Shown one piece after another: positions 1 to 8,538 of a stretch of 64,000 nucleotides of DNA. Under the pieces are notes generated by a model. The model had not been told where the DNA came from. It made no database searches and saw only the letters and a program-made list of their open reading frames with translations. Numbering within the stretch: the stretch's first letter is position 1; each line of letters starts with the position of its first letter. Position numbers and translations under genes: made by a program. Source of the DNA: Thermoanaerobaculia bacterium (GTDB lineage: Bacteria > Acidobacteriota > Thermoanaerobaculia > Multivoradales > UBA5704); contig JBIOUG010000095.1 of NCBI GenBank assembly GCA_044866775.1, positions 4,415 through 68,414 of the forward strand, written 5' to 3'.

Positions 1-1545
1 CGGTCACCGTGTTCTTCTTCCTCGGCGGGCTCTTCGCCCTGCTGGTGCGGCTCGAGCTCCTCACCCCGCCCGGCGACCTGGTGCAGCCGGACACCTACAA
101 CCGGCTCTTCACCATGCACGGCGTGGTGATGGTCTTCTTCTTCCTCATCCCGGCGATCCCGGCGGTGCTCGGGAACTTCCTGATCCCGATCATGATCGGC
201 GCCCGCGACCTCGCCTTCCCGCGCATCAACCTGGCGAGCTGGTACATCTACGTGCTGGGCGGCCTCTTCACCCTCTGGTCGGTGATCCAGGGCGGCGTCG
301 ACACCGGCTGGACCTTCTACACCCCGTACTCGACGAGCTTCTCCAACACCTACGTCGTCTCGACGGCGCTCGGCATCTTCATCACCGGCTTCTCGTCGAT
401 CTTCACCGGCCTCAACTTCATCGTCACCATCCACCGCATGCGGGCGCCGGGGCTCACCTGGTTCCGGCTGCCGCTCTTCGTCTGGGCGCACTACGCGACG
501 AGCCTCATCTTCATCCTCGGCACGCCGGTCATCGCCGTCACCGTCCTGATGGTGGCGCTCGAGCGGGTCCTCCACCTCGGCATCTTCGATCCGGCGCTCG
601 GCGGCGACCCGGTCCTGTTCCAGCACCTCTTCTGGTTCTACTCCCACCCGGCGGTCTACATCATGATCCTGCCGGCCATGGGGGTGATCAGCGAGCTGGT
701 GGCGGCCTTCTCGCGCAAGCGCATCTTCGGCTACCGCTGGGTCGCCTACGCCTCGATCGGCCTCGCGGTGCTCGGCTTCCTGGTCTGGGGACACCACCTC
801 TTCGTCTCCGGCCAGTCGCTCTACGCCGCGACGATCTTCTCGGTGCTCTCGATGCTGGTGGCGATCCCCTCGGCGGTGAAGGTCTTCAACTGGACCGCCA
901 CCCTCTACGAGGCGTCGATCTCCTACGAGACGCCGATGCTCTACGCCCTGGGGTTCATCGGCCTCTTCACGATCGGCGGCCTGACCGGGGTGATGCTCGC
1001 CACCCTGGGCTTCGACGTCCACGTCCACGACACCTACTTCGTGGTGGCGCACTTCCACTACATCATGGTCGGCGGCACCATCATGGGGTACCTGGGCGGC
1101 CTCCATTACTGGTGGCCGAAGATCGCCGGGCGCCTCTACCCGATCTTCCTCTCGCGCCTCGCGGCGCTGCTCGTCTTCGTCGGCTTCAACTTGACGTTCT
1201 TCCCGCAGTTCGTCCTCGGCTATCTCGGCATGCCGCGCCGCTACTGGTCCTACCCCGACGAGTTCCAGGTGCTCAACGTGATGTCGACCGCCGGCGCCTC
1301 GATCCTCGGCGTCGGCTACGTCATCCCGATGGCCTACTTCCTCTGGTCGATGCGCTACGGCAAGGCGGCGACGGCCAACCCCTGGGGCGCCGTCGGGCTC
1401 GAGTGGGAGACCAGCTCGCCGCCGCCGACCGAGAACTTCCTGCTGCCGCCGGTCGTCGACCACGGGCCGTACGACTACGGCGTCGGCTACAAGGGAGACT
1501 CCGAGGAGAAGCCGCGGACGCCGCCGCAGGCGCAGGAGGCGCACG

Positions 1546-1553
<8 letters not shown>
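1..1553 (+). CDS. ctaD: cytochrome c oxidase subunit I (heme-copper oxidase catalytic subunit); N-terminus cut by window edge
   Basis: Translation of ORF 9..1553 is a polytopic heme-copper oxidase with [30 protein letters not shown] and [12 protein letters not shown] motifs. The frame is open to the window start. The 3' end overlaps the next gene by 8 nt. Confidence 0.95.
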
Positions 1554-2219
<666 letters not shown>

Positions 2220-2223
<4 letters not shown>

Positions 2224-2522
2224 GCGCCGACCACGCCCCCTCCCGCGGCGTCTACTTCGCGGTCTTCGGCGCCCTCATGGCGCTGACCGCGATCACCTAC
2301 GGGGTGGCGACCCTCGATCTCGGCCCGTTCAACGACGTCGTGGCGCTCACCGTGGCGGTGACCAAGGCGGTGCTGGTCATCCTCTTCTTCATGCACGTCC
2401 GCCACAGCACCCGCATGACGAAGCTGACCGTGGTCGCGGGGTTCTTCTTCCTCGGCATCATGCTGGCGCTGACGCTCGCGGACTACCTGACGCGGGGGGC
2501 GCAGGGGATCCTCGGGAAGTAG
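2220..2522 (+). CDS. cytochrome c oxidase subunit IV (prokaryotic small subunit, COX4_pro-like)
   Basis: 100-aa, 3-TM protein MSADHAPSRGVYFAVFGALMALTAITYG...KAVLVILFFMHVRH. It is the last 100 codons of track ORF 1650..2522. The ATG at 2220 overlaps the subunit III stop. Confidence 0.8.
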
Positions 2523-2560
2523 GCGGGCGGCGGCGCAGCGTGCGCGGACACTGACGGGCG

Positions 2561-3148
2561 ATGCGCGCCAACGAGACTCTCCTCGACCTCTTCCTCGAGC
2601 TCCAGCTCCTCGACCGCATCCCGCGCAGCGGCTTCGTGCTGCGCGGCGTCGCCTCCCCGGAGAGCGTCACCGAGCACTCCTGGCACGTGCTGTTCCTGGT
2701 CTGGGCGCTGGGCGCCGAGGTCCCGGAGGTGGACCTCCCGCGCGCGGTCGAGATCGCCCTGGTCCACGACCTCGCCGAGCTGCGCATCGGCGACCTGCCA
2801 CGCACCGCCGCGCGCTACTTCCCGGAAGGGGCCAAGAGAGGCGCCGAGACCGCCGCCATCGACGAGATCCTGGCCCCCCTCCCGGAGCGCGCCCGCAGCC
2901 TCTACCGCGACTACCTCGAGGGCAAGAGCCCCGAGGCCCGCCTGGTGAAGGCCTGCGACAAGCTCCAGCTCATGCTCAAGGTGGCGGTCTACGAGCGCTG
3001 GGGCACCGGCGCGCTCGCGGAGTTCTGGGACAACCCGGACAACTTCCCCGACCCGGCGTTCCCGCCGGTGCGCGCGCTCTTCGAGGAGCTCCTCCGCCGG
3101 CGCCGGCAGGAGCCGGAACGGCTGGATCCGCTGACGGAAGATCGGTAG
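2561..3148 (+). CDS. HD-domain phosphohydrolase (YfbR-like 5'-deoxynucleotidase family)
   Basis: SVTEHSWHVLFLVWAL followed by ALVHDLAELRIGDLP gives the H...HD...D metal-binding pattern of HD hydrolases. Length (195 aa) fits the YfbR family. Confidence 0.8.
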   Translation: MRANETLLDLFLELQLLDRIPRSGFVLRGVASPESVTEHSWHVLFLVWALGAEVPEVDLPRAVEIALVHDLAELRIGDLPRTAARYFPEGAKRGAETAAIDEILAPLPERARSLYRDYLEGKSPEARLVKACDKLQLMLKVAVYERWGTGALAEFWDNPDNFPDPAFPPVRALFEELLRRRRQEPERLDPLTEDR

Positions 3149-3246
3149 AACGACTCGCTCGCGCCGGGCGCCGCCGGCCTTAGCGGCTCACGCGCACCGT
3201 CCGGCCGTTGAGCGGCTGCACCGCGCGGGCGCGGCCCGACTGCCAG

Positions 3247-3506
3247 TTAGGCGAGCGGCGCGATCTTGCCCGGGACCTCGTGGTGCCGAGCTCGCTGCCA
3301 GCACAAGCGGAGCTCGCCGCGATGGAGAGACGCCCACTCGATGACTAGGCCAGGGCGCGCCCGGGGAGATCGCCTTGCAAAAGCGCCAGGTTCTCGATTC
3401 CCACGACCGCCCGGTGCTCGGCGTACTCGACGTGGAAGTGCGGCGGCTCGTGCTCCCGGTAGAACATGCGGATCACGAGGCCGTAGAAGCGCGCGATCTC
3501 AGGCAC
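3247..3506 (-). pseudogene. DUF4160-family gene interrupted by a 1-nt frameshift
   Basis: A GTG at 3506 opens VPEIARFYGLVIRMFYREHEPPHFHVEYAEHRAVVG..LPGRALA and reaches a stop at 3345. The expected C-terminus (GLVIEWASLHRGELRLCWQRARHHEVPGKIAPLA, stop at 3247-3249) continues in the adjacent frame. Confidence 0.6.
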
Positions 3507-3783
3507 GCGCGTTTGCGGTCGCCAGGCCCGGCCAGAGGTCCTCGGGCCGCTGCCCGGTGATCTCGAGGTACAGGCTGTCGGGGCAGAGCTCGATGTCTTC
3601 GCTCCAGGCGATCGAGTCTCCCGGGCCGATGGTGACGGCCTCGAAGGTCCCCGGCTGCTCCCAGGCCGCGAAGACTCCCTTGCCGGCGAGGTCCGAGAGG
3701 TCAATCTCCCCCTCGACCCCGTCGTCATAGCGCAGCCAGATGCGGTAGTTGGGAAGCGGACGGACGGCGACAGGGCGTGGCAT
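3499..3783 (-). CDS. DUF2442 domain protein
   Basis: This is the last 94 codons of track ORF 3499..4437: MPRPVAVRPLPNYRIWLRYDDGVEGEIDLSDLAGKGVFAAWEQPGTFEAVTIGPGDSIAWSEDIELCPDSLY. An alternative ATG lies at 3807. It overlaps the DUF4160 start by 8 nt. Confidence 0.7.
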   Translation of the reverse strand: MPRPVAVRPLPNYRIWLRYDDGVEGEIDLSDLAGKGVFAAWEQPGTFEAVTIGPGDSIAWSEDIELCPDSLYLEITGQRPEDLWPGLATANARA

Positions 3784-3860
3784 GTGAGTCGCTCCAGCTA
3801 GGATCATAGCCTGCTCCGCGTCCAGCGAGCCTCCCCACCGGTGACTGAGAAGACGCTCAA

Positions 3861-4982
3861 TCACCCGACAGCCCTGAGGGTCGGCGGCGTCGTGTCGGCC
3901 ACCTCGGCCACGGCGAAGGCGCCGCCCGCGAAGCCGCAGCCGTCGGCGGCGGTGACGTCGAAGCGCACGGTGGCCGGGCCGCCGGCCAGGTTCGCGACCA
4001 GGGCGCTCCCCTCGATCTCGACCGTCCGGCCGTCCACCTGCTGGGCGACGAAGGCGAGGTTCGACAGGTCGGCGCGGCCGTCCACGATGGCGGCCGCGAC
4101 CTCGACGTCTCCGGCGGCGACCGAGCAGTCGTCGGTGACGGTCGCGGTGAAGGTCACCGCGAGCTGGTATGCCGCGTCGACCTCGCCGCCCTCTGCGCTC
4201 GCCGCGACCTCGGGCGCGCCGGCGACGACGAGGAAGTCGGCGTTCGAGATGTCGAAGAAGATGTTGTCCACGGCCGAGACGCGGATCCGCGCCGCGGCGG
4301 TCTCCTCGCAGGGCAGGACGACCGCGTGCGGCCCGTCGTTGGCCACGCCAGGCGCCAGCGGGTCGTAGGTGAACCCGCCGTCGCTGGAGAGCGCGATGTC
4401 GACCAGGTCCGCGATCGCGCCGCCGCCGACCTCCCACCTGACCTCCTCCGTGCAGCCCGCCCCGAGCTCGACGAAGCTGTTGGGGCTGGTGACGCGGAAG
4501 GGATCGCCCTCGACGGCGATCTCGACCGTGTCGTAATCGACGCCGCCGCCGTCCTGCCGCTGGTCGCGCGCGGTCAGGCGGAAGGTGAGGGGATCGCCGA
4601 CGCGGTCGACCTGCGGCAGCAGATCGCCCAGCGTCGTGGTGTTGCCGATGATGTCGCTGAGCTGCGGGAAGGTGCGCGCCGGGCTCGCCGCCGGCGGGAA
4701 CGAGCCGAACAGCGCGCCGCAGCCGGGATCAGTGCCGGGCAGGAACTGGCCGGGCGCCAGGTCGAACTGCTCCCAGGCGTAGGTCAGGGTGTCGGCCTCG
4801 GGATCGTCGGCCGAGCCGGTGAGGACGAAGGGCGTGTCGCGCGGGATCGTGGAGTCGGCCCCGGCGTCGACCTCGGGCGCGGAGTTGCCGGTCGCGCCGG
4901 CGACGGCGCAGGCGTTGCCGCCGCCGCTCGTGACGTAGGCGACGATCTGGTCGAAGCTGCGGGTGTGGAAGTAGGTGTCCAT
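3861..4982 (-). CDS. C-terminal region of a reprolysin-like (M12B-type) secreted zinc metalloprotease; catalytic domain absent, probably a gene remnant
   Basis: The in-frame sequence upstream of the first Met reads SGTCGAANNIQTTTMDTYFHTRSFDQI, which matches the end of the protease domain in this family. It is followed by PEVDAG..IPRDTPFVLTGSADDPEADTLTYAWEQFD and FRLTARDQRQDGGGVDYD modules. No HExxH motif is present. See finding. Confidence 0.5.
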   Translation of the reverse strand: MDTYFHTRSFDQIVAYVTSGGGNACAVAGATGNSAPEVDAGADSTIPRDTPFVLTGSADDPEADTLTYAWEQFDLAPGQFLPGTDPGCGALFGSFPPAASPARTFPQLSDIIGNTTTLGDLLPQVDRVGDPLTFRLTARDQRQDGGGVDYDTVEIAVEGDPFRVTSPNSFVELGAGCTEEVRWEVGGGAIADLVDIALSSDGGFTYDPLAPGVANDGPHAVVLPCEETAAARIRVSAVDNIFFDISNADFLVVAGAPEVAASAEGGEVDAAYQLAVTFTATVTDDCSVAAGDVEVAAAIVDGRADLSNLAFVAQQVDGRTVEIEGSALVANLAGGPATVRFDVTAADGCGFAGGAFAVAEVADTTPPTLRAVG

Positions 4983-5236
4983 CGTCGTGGTCTGGATGTT
5001 GTTGGCGGCACCGCAGGTGCCCGAGCGGCGACATCAGGGCGAGGAGCGGGAGCAGGTGCGAGAGCGAGGGCATGGGTTCCTCCTTGAGGGTGGCGGGTGC
5101 CGAGGCTGGCCTGGGTGGCCTCGGCCGACACTCAGGAGGTAAGTCGGAAGGCAGAGCCTCGACCCGCCAACCGGCACTCATGCTCGTGAGACGGGCGGGA
5201 GCGTCTTCGCTTACAGCGTGCGCAGCTTCAAGACTC

Positions 5237-7918
5237 TCAGGTAGGCGTTCCTGTCGCGGCGATGCGGGCGCGGAGGGCCGCTATGTGAGCGGCGCGCGGC
5301 TCGGCGGCCGGGTGGTCGATGGACCGCTCGTAGTCAACGCAAACTTGCATGAGGTCGGCGGCGCGGGCCAGGTCGCTTTCCTGCTCGTAGAGGAGGCCGA
5401 GGTTCCAGCAGGCGTTCGCCTCCCCCCGCCGGTCGCCGATCTGCCGCGCGACCACGAGGCGCTGCTCGTAATACTCGATCGCCTGCCGCGGCTCCCCAAG
5501 CGCCGCATAGGCGTTAGCCACGTTGCCCAGGGCGTATCCCTCACCCCGCCGATCGCCGATCTCCCGCGAGATCACGAGGCGCTCCTCGTAATATTCGATC
5601 GCCCGCCGCGGCTCCCTAAGCGCCGCGTAGGCAAGGCCCAGGTTTCCCAGGACCTGACCCTCTCCTCGGCGATCGCCGATCTCCCGCGCGATCACGAGGT
5701 GCTGCTCGTAGTACTCGATCGCCCGCCGCGGCTCCCCAAGCGCCGCGTAGGCAAGGCCCAGGTTGCTCAGGACCTGACCCTCTCCTCGGCGATCGCCGAT
5801 CTCCCGCGCGATCACGAGGTGCTCCTCGTAATATTCGATCGCCCGCCGCGGCTCCCCAAGCACCGCGTAGGCGTTGCCCAGATTGCCGAGGGCGTTCCCT
5901 TCGCCCCGTCGATCGCCGATCTCCCGCGCGATCACGAGGTGCTGCTCGTAGTACTCGATCGCACGCCGCGGCTCCCCAAGCTCCGCGTAGGCAAAGCCCA
6001 AGTTGCCGAGGGCGTTCCCCTCTCCCTGCCGGTCGCCGATCTTCCGCGCGATGACGAGCACCTGCTCGTGGTGCTCGATCGCACGCCGGGGCTCCCCAAG
6101 GTCCGCGTAAGCGTTGCCCAGGTTGCCGAGGTGTGCTCCTTCCGCAGCCCGGTTGTTCATGCGCCGCGCGGCCACGACCGCCGATTGCAGCCAGCCCACC
6201 CGTTGCCGCGGATGGAGGCGGAGGTGAAGACAGTAGGCCCCGACGTTGGGGTAGTCGCTGCACAGCGCGGCGGCCCGCTCGTCGTCCGCGGCGCGCGCCG
6301 CGGACCAGGCCTGGCCGGCCTCGACGTTCCTCCGCTCGGCGTCGAAGAGCGCCAGCCCGGCCAGCAAGGAAGCGCCACCCTTCAGGTACAGCACGTTCGC
6401 CGACCGCAGCACCCCTGCGTAGTGGGCCGCGTGGCGCCGCTCGCTCTGGTCGCGCTCGGCCTCGGCGAGTTGCGCGCCGGCGAAGTCGCGGGCCAGGTCG
6501 TGGAGGCGATAGCGGCCGTCCTCCCACTCGACGAGGCTGGCGTTGACCAGCTCGCCCAGAGTGTCGCGGGCGGGAGCAACCTCCACCTCCCATACCGCGG
6601 CGGCGCCGGCAGCGTCGAAGGTGCCGGGGAAGACGGCGAGTGTTCGCCAGTGGGCGCGGAGCTCTTCGGCAAGCAGTTCGTAGCTGGTGGCGAGCGCGCC
6701 CTCGATCAGGCCGAGGCGCTCCTTGGCGTCGGCGAGCTTGCGGGCGTACTCCTCGGGCGTGAGCCATGGCTTCTCGGCGAGCGCGCTGCCGGCGAGGCGG
6801 AGAGCGAAGGGGAGGCGGCCGCAGCGGCGGGCGATCTCGGCGGCCTGGTTCCCGATGCGGGGTGCGATGCGCAGCAGCAGCGTCTGGGCGTCGGCCCCGG
6901 GCAGTTCGTCGAGGTCCTTGGCGACAAGACCGGGCAGGGTGAAATGAAAGCGTGAAGTAACGAGGAGGAAGCACCCGGCAGGCGGAGTGAGCGGCTCCAC
7001 CTGCGCGCGGCCGGCGGCGTTGTCCATGAGCAGGAGGGCGCGCTGGCCGTGGAGGGAGGAACGGTAGAGCCCGTCCAGCTCGGCCGCGGAATCCGGTAGC
7101 TGCGCCGTCGGATGGTAAGCGCGGACAACGTGCGCCATCGCCAGGGCGGCGGTGAGCGGCTGCGGACTGACGCCCTTGAGATCGAGGTAAAGCTGCGCGT
7201 CGGTGTAGAGGGGCGTCAGCTCCTGCGCGAGCTTGAGCGCCAGGGCGGTCTTGCCGATGCCACCGGCGCCGCGGACAACCAAGGTCGCAGCGCCGCCAAG
7301 CTCCAAGGCCGCCCGGAGCTCCGCCAGCTCCATTTCCCGGCCGGTGAAGTCAGCAGGCGGGGACGGGATCTGATGGAGAGCTTGGGGCAGGGTCGGTATG
7401 GGCTGCTGTCCGACCTCGGGACTATGCTGTAAATCGCTTCCTGGCTCCCGCGGCTGGCGCCCCCCGTCCAACAGCCTGCGCACCTCCTTCGCGATCTTTG
7501 CCAGCTCGGCGTTTCGCTGTTCCCCGCGGAAGCTAGCGAGAGCGCGGCCGCCGCGTGGCCGCACCTGCATCGCAGCCAGCCAGGGGACCTCGTCCCACGC
7601 GCAGGCGCTGACGATCACTGGCAGCACGTGGATGCCGTCGGCGGCGCGACGCTCGAGGAGGCGGTGCACCTCCTCGCGCAAGATGAACCTGGACGTCAGT
7701 GAGTGGGCTGAAACGAGGAGGACGGCAACCTCCGCCCGTTCCATCGCGGCGCTGATCTCGCCAAGCCAGTCGCCGCCGCCGGTAGTCCTATCGTCGTCCC
7801 AGGTCTCGAGAAGCCCCTGCTGTTCCAGGACACCGAGATGGGAGACGAGCTGGTCCTTCCAGCGGCTGTCTTTGTGGCTGTAGCTGACGAAGACCGTCCG
7901 CGAGGGCACTCCCACCAT
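5237..7918 (-). CDS. TIR - NB-ARC (STAND P-loop NTPase) - TPR repeat protein (bacterial NLR-like, presumed antiphage or signalling)
   Basis: N-terminal TIR_2-like segment VFVSYSHKDSRWKDQLVSHL...AVLLVSAHSLTSRFILREEV. Walker A is VVRGAGGIGKTALALKLA and Walker B-like is RALLLMDNA. The C-terminus carries 6 near-identical plus 1 divergent 40-aa TPR units (GEPRRAIEYYEQHLVIAREIGDRRGEGNALGNLGNAYAAL). Start is placed at MVGVPSRTVFVSY (7918); an alternative ATG lies at 8032. Confidence 0.85.
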   Translation of the reverse strand: MVGVPSRTVFVSYSHKDSRWKDQLVSHLGVLEQQGLLETWDDDRTTGGGDWLGEISAAMERAEVAVLLVSAHSLTSRFILREEVHRLLERRAADGIHVLPVIVSACAWDEVPWLAAMQVRPRGGRALASFRGEQRNAELAKIAKEVRRLLDGGRQPREPGSDLQHSPEVGQQPIPTLPQALHQIPSPPADFTGREMELAELRAALELGGAATLVVRGAGGIGKTALALKLAQELTPLYTDAQLYLDLKGVSPQPLTAALAMAHVVRAYHPTAQLPDSAAELDGLYRSSLHGQRALLLMDNAAGRAQVEPLTPPAGCFLLVTSRFHFTLPGLVAKDLDELPGADAQTLLLRIAPRIGNQAAEIARRCGRLPFALRLAGSALAEKPWLTPEEYARKLADAKERLGLIEGALATSYELLAEELRAHWRTLAVFPGTFDAAGAAAVWEVEVAPARDTLGELVNASLVEWEDGRYRLHDLARDFAGAQLAEAERDQSERRHAAHYAGVLRSANVLYLKGGASLLAGLALFDAERRNVEAGQAWSAARAADDERAAALCSDYPNVGAYCLHLRLHPRQRVGWLQSAVVAARRMNNRAAEGAHLGNLGNAYADLGEPRRAIEHHEQVLVIARKIGDRQGEGNALGNLGFAYAELGEPRRAIEYYEQHLVIAREIGDRRGEGNALGNLGNAYAVLGEPRRAIEYYEEHLVIAREIGDRRGEGQVLSNLGLAYAALGEPRRAIEYYEQHLVIAREIGDRRGEGQVLGNLGLAYAALREPRRAIEYYEERLVISREIGDRRGEGYALGNVANAYAALGEPRQAIEYYEQRLVVARQIGDRRGEANACWNLGLLYEQESDLARAADLMQVCVDYERSIDHPAAEPRAAHIAALRARIAATGTPT
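5395..6135. repeat. six tandem 120-bp repeats (coding the TPR units of the STAND protein)
   Basis: The sequence lines 5401-6130 are in exact 120-bp register, for example the recurring cgccgatctcccgcgcgatcacgaggtgctgctcgtagtactcgatcgcccgccgcggctccccaagcgccgcgtaggc. Confidence 0.9.
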
Positions 7919-8040
7919 TTTAGCGGCAGTGAGATCGTGGGCGGCAGGCGCCGCGCTCCCCCACCCGGATCCTTCGCTGCGCGCTCCGGGACCGCGTCGG
8001 ACGTCCGCCTCCGCGCCAGGGCGCGCGATCACGATGGCGC

Positions 8041-8481
8041 GCGCTCGACCACCGTCACGAGCGCTCCATCCCCGGAATGGGAGCTCAGTTAGGCGGCCGG
8101 ACGCTCCGTCGCCGTTCCGGTGGCCCGATTACCATTCTCGGCGCTCGAATACTTGTTCCGAGCGCGCAATTACCCCTCCGGGCGCGCAAGTTCCGACTTC
8201 GGCGCTCAAGTTCCGTTCCGGGCACTCGATCACCATTTCAGGCGCTCGAGTTCCGATCTGGGCGCGAAACTATCGTTCTCGGCACTCAAGCACCAATCCG
8301 GGCGCTCAAGTTCCAATTTCGGCGCTCGAGTTCCGTTCCGGGCGCTCGATAACCGCTTTCGGCGCGCGATCATCATTCAGGACACGCAAATCACCAGTCC
8401 GGGCACTCGATCACCGCCTCGGCCCGCCAAGGTCCGTCTCCGGCGCTTGGGTTCGCTGATCGGCGCTCCACCGCCGTCTGT
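8041..8481. repeat. tandem array of about 22 units of 20 bp (consensus about GGCGCTCRAGTTCCGNTYYS, with a GGCACTCGATCACC variant)
   Basis: 18 units lie in perfect 20-bp phase from 8041 to 8400, for example ggcgctcaagttccgttccg, ggcactcgatcaccatttca, ggcgctcgagttccgatctg. A 1-nt slip and 4 more units follow. The array is intergenic, between divergent genes starting at 7918 (-) and 8539 (+). Confidence 0.9.
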
Positions 8482-8498
8482 GGTCGGTCCGCACTGCA

Positions 8499-8538
8499 TT
8501 TTGACCACGGCACGGTCAAATTGCTAGGATCTTTGACC
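8499..8538. promoter_or_regulatory. operator-like TTTGACC inverted repeat plus a third half-site abutting the ATPase start codon
   Basis: ttttgaccacggcacggtcaaa (7-bp arms, 7-nt spacer) lies at 8499-8520. A further tttgacc at 8532-8538 sits immediately before the ATG at 8539. Confidence 0.3.

Noticed and set aside
8041-8481. Possible CRISPR array, because of the regular short repeats
   Set aside because: The units are contiguous with no intervening spacers and the period is only 20 bp. The units are degenerate rather than identical, and no cas genes are present. It is a minisatellite-type tandem repeat, not a CRISPR.
7929-8527. Three overlapping plus-strand ORFs (7929..8459, 8077..8352, 8120..8527) encoding repetitive peptides
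   Set aside because: They are all open only because the 20-bp unit lacks stop codons. The period is not divisible by 3, so each frame cycles through all three readings of the unit. That is not expected of a real repeat protein.
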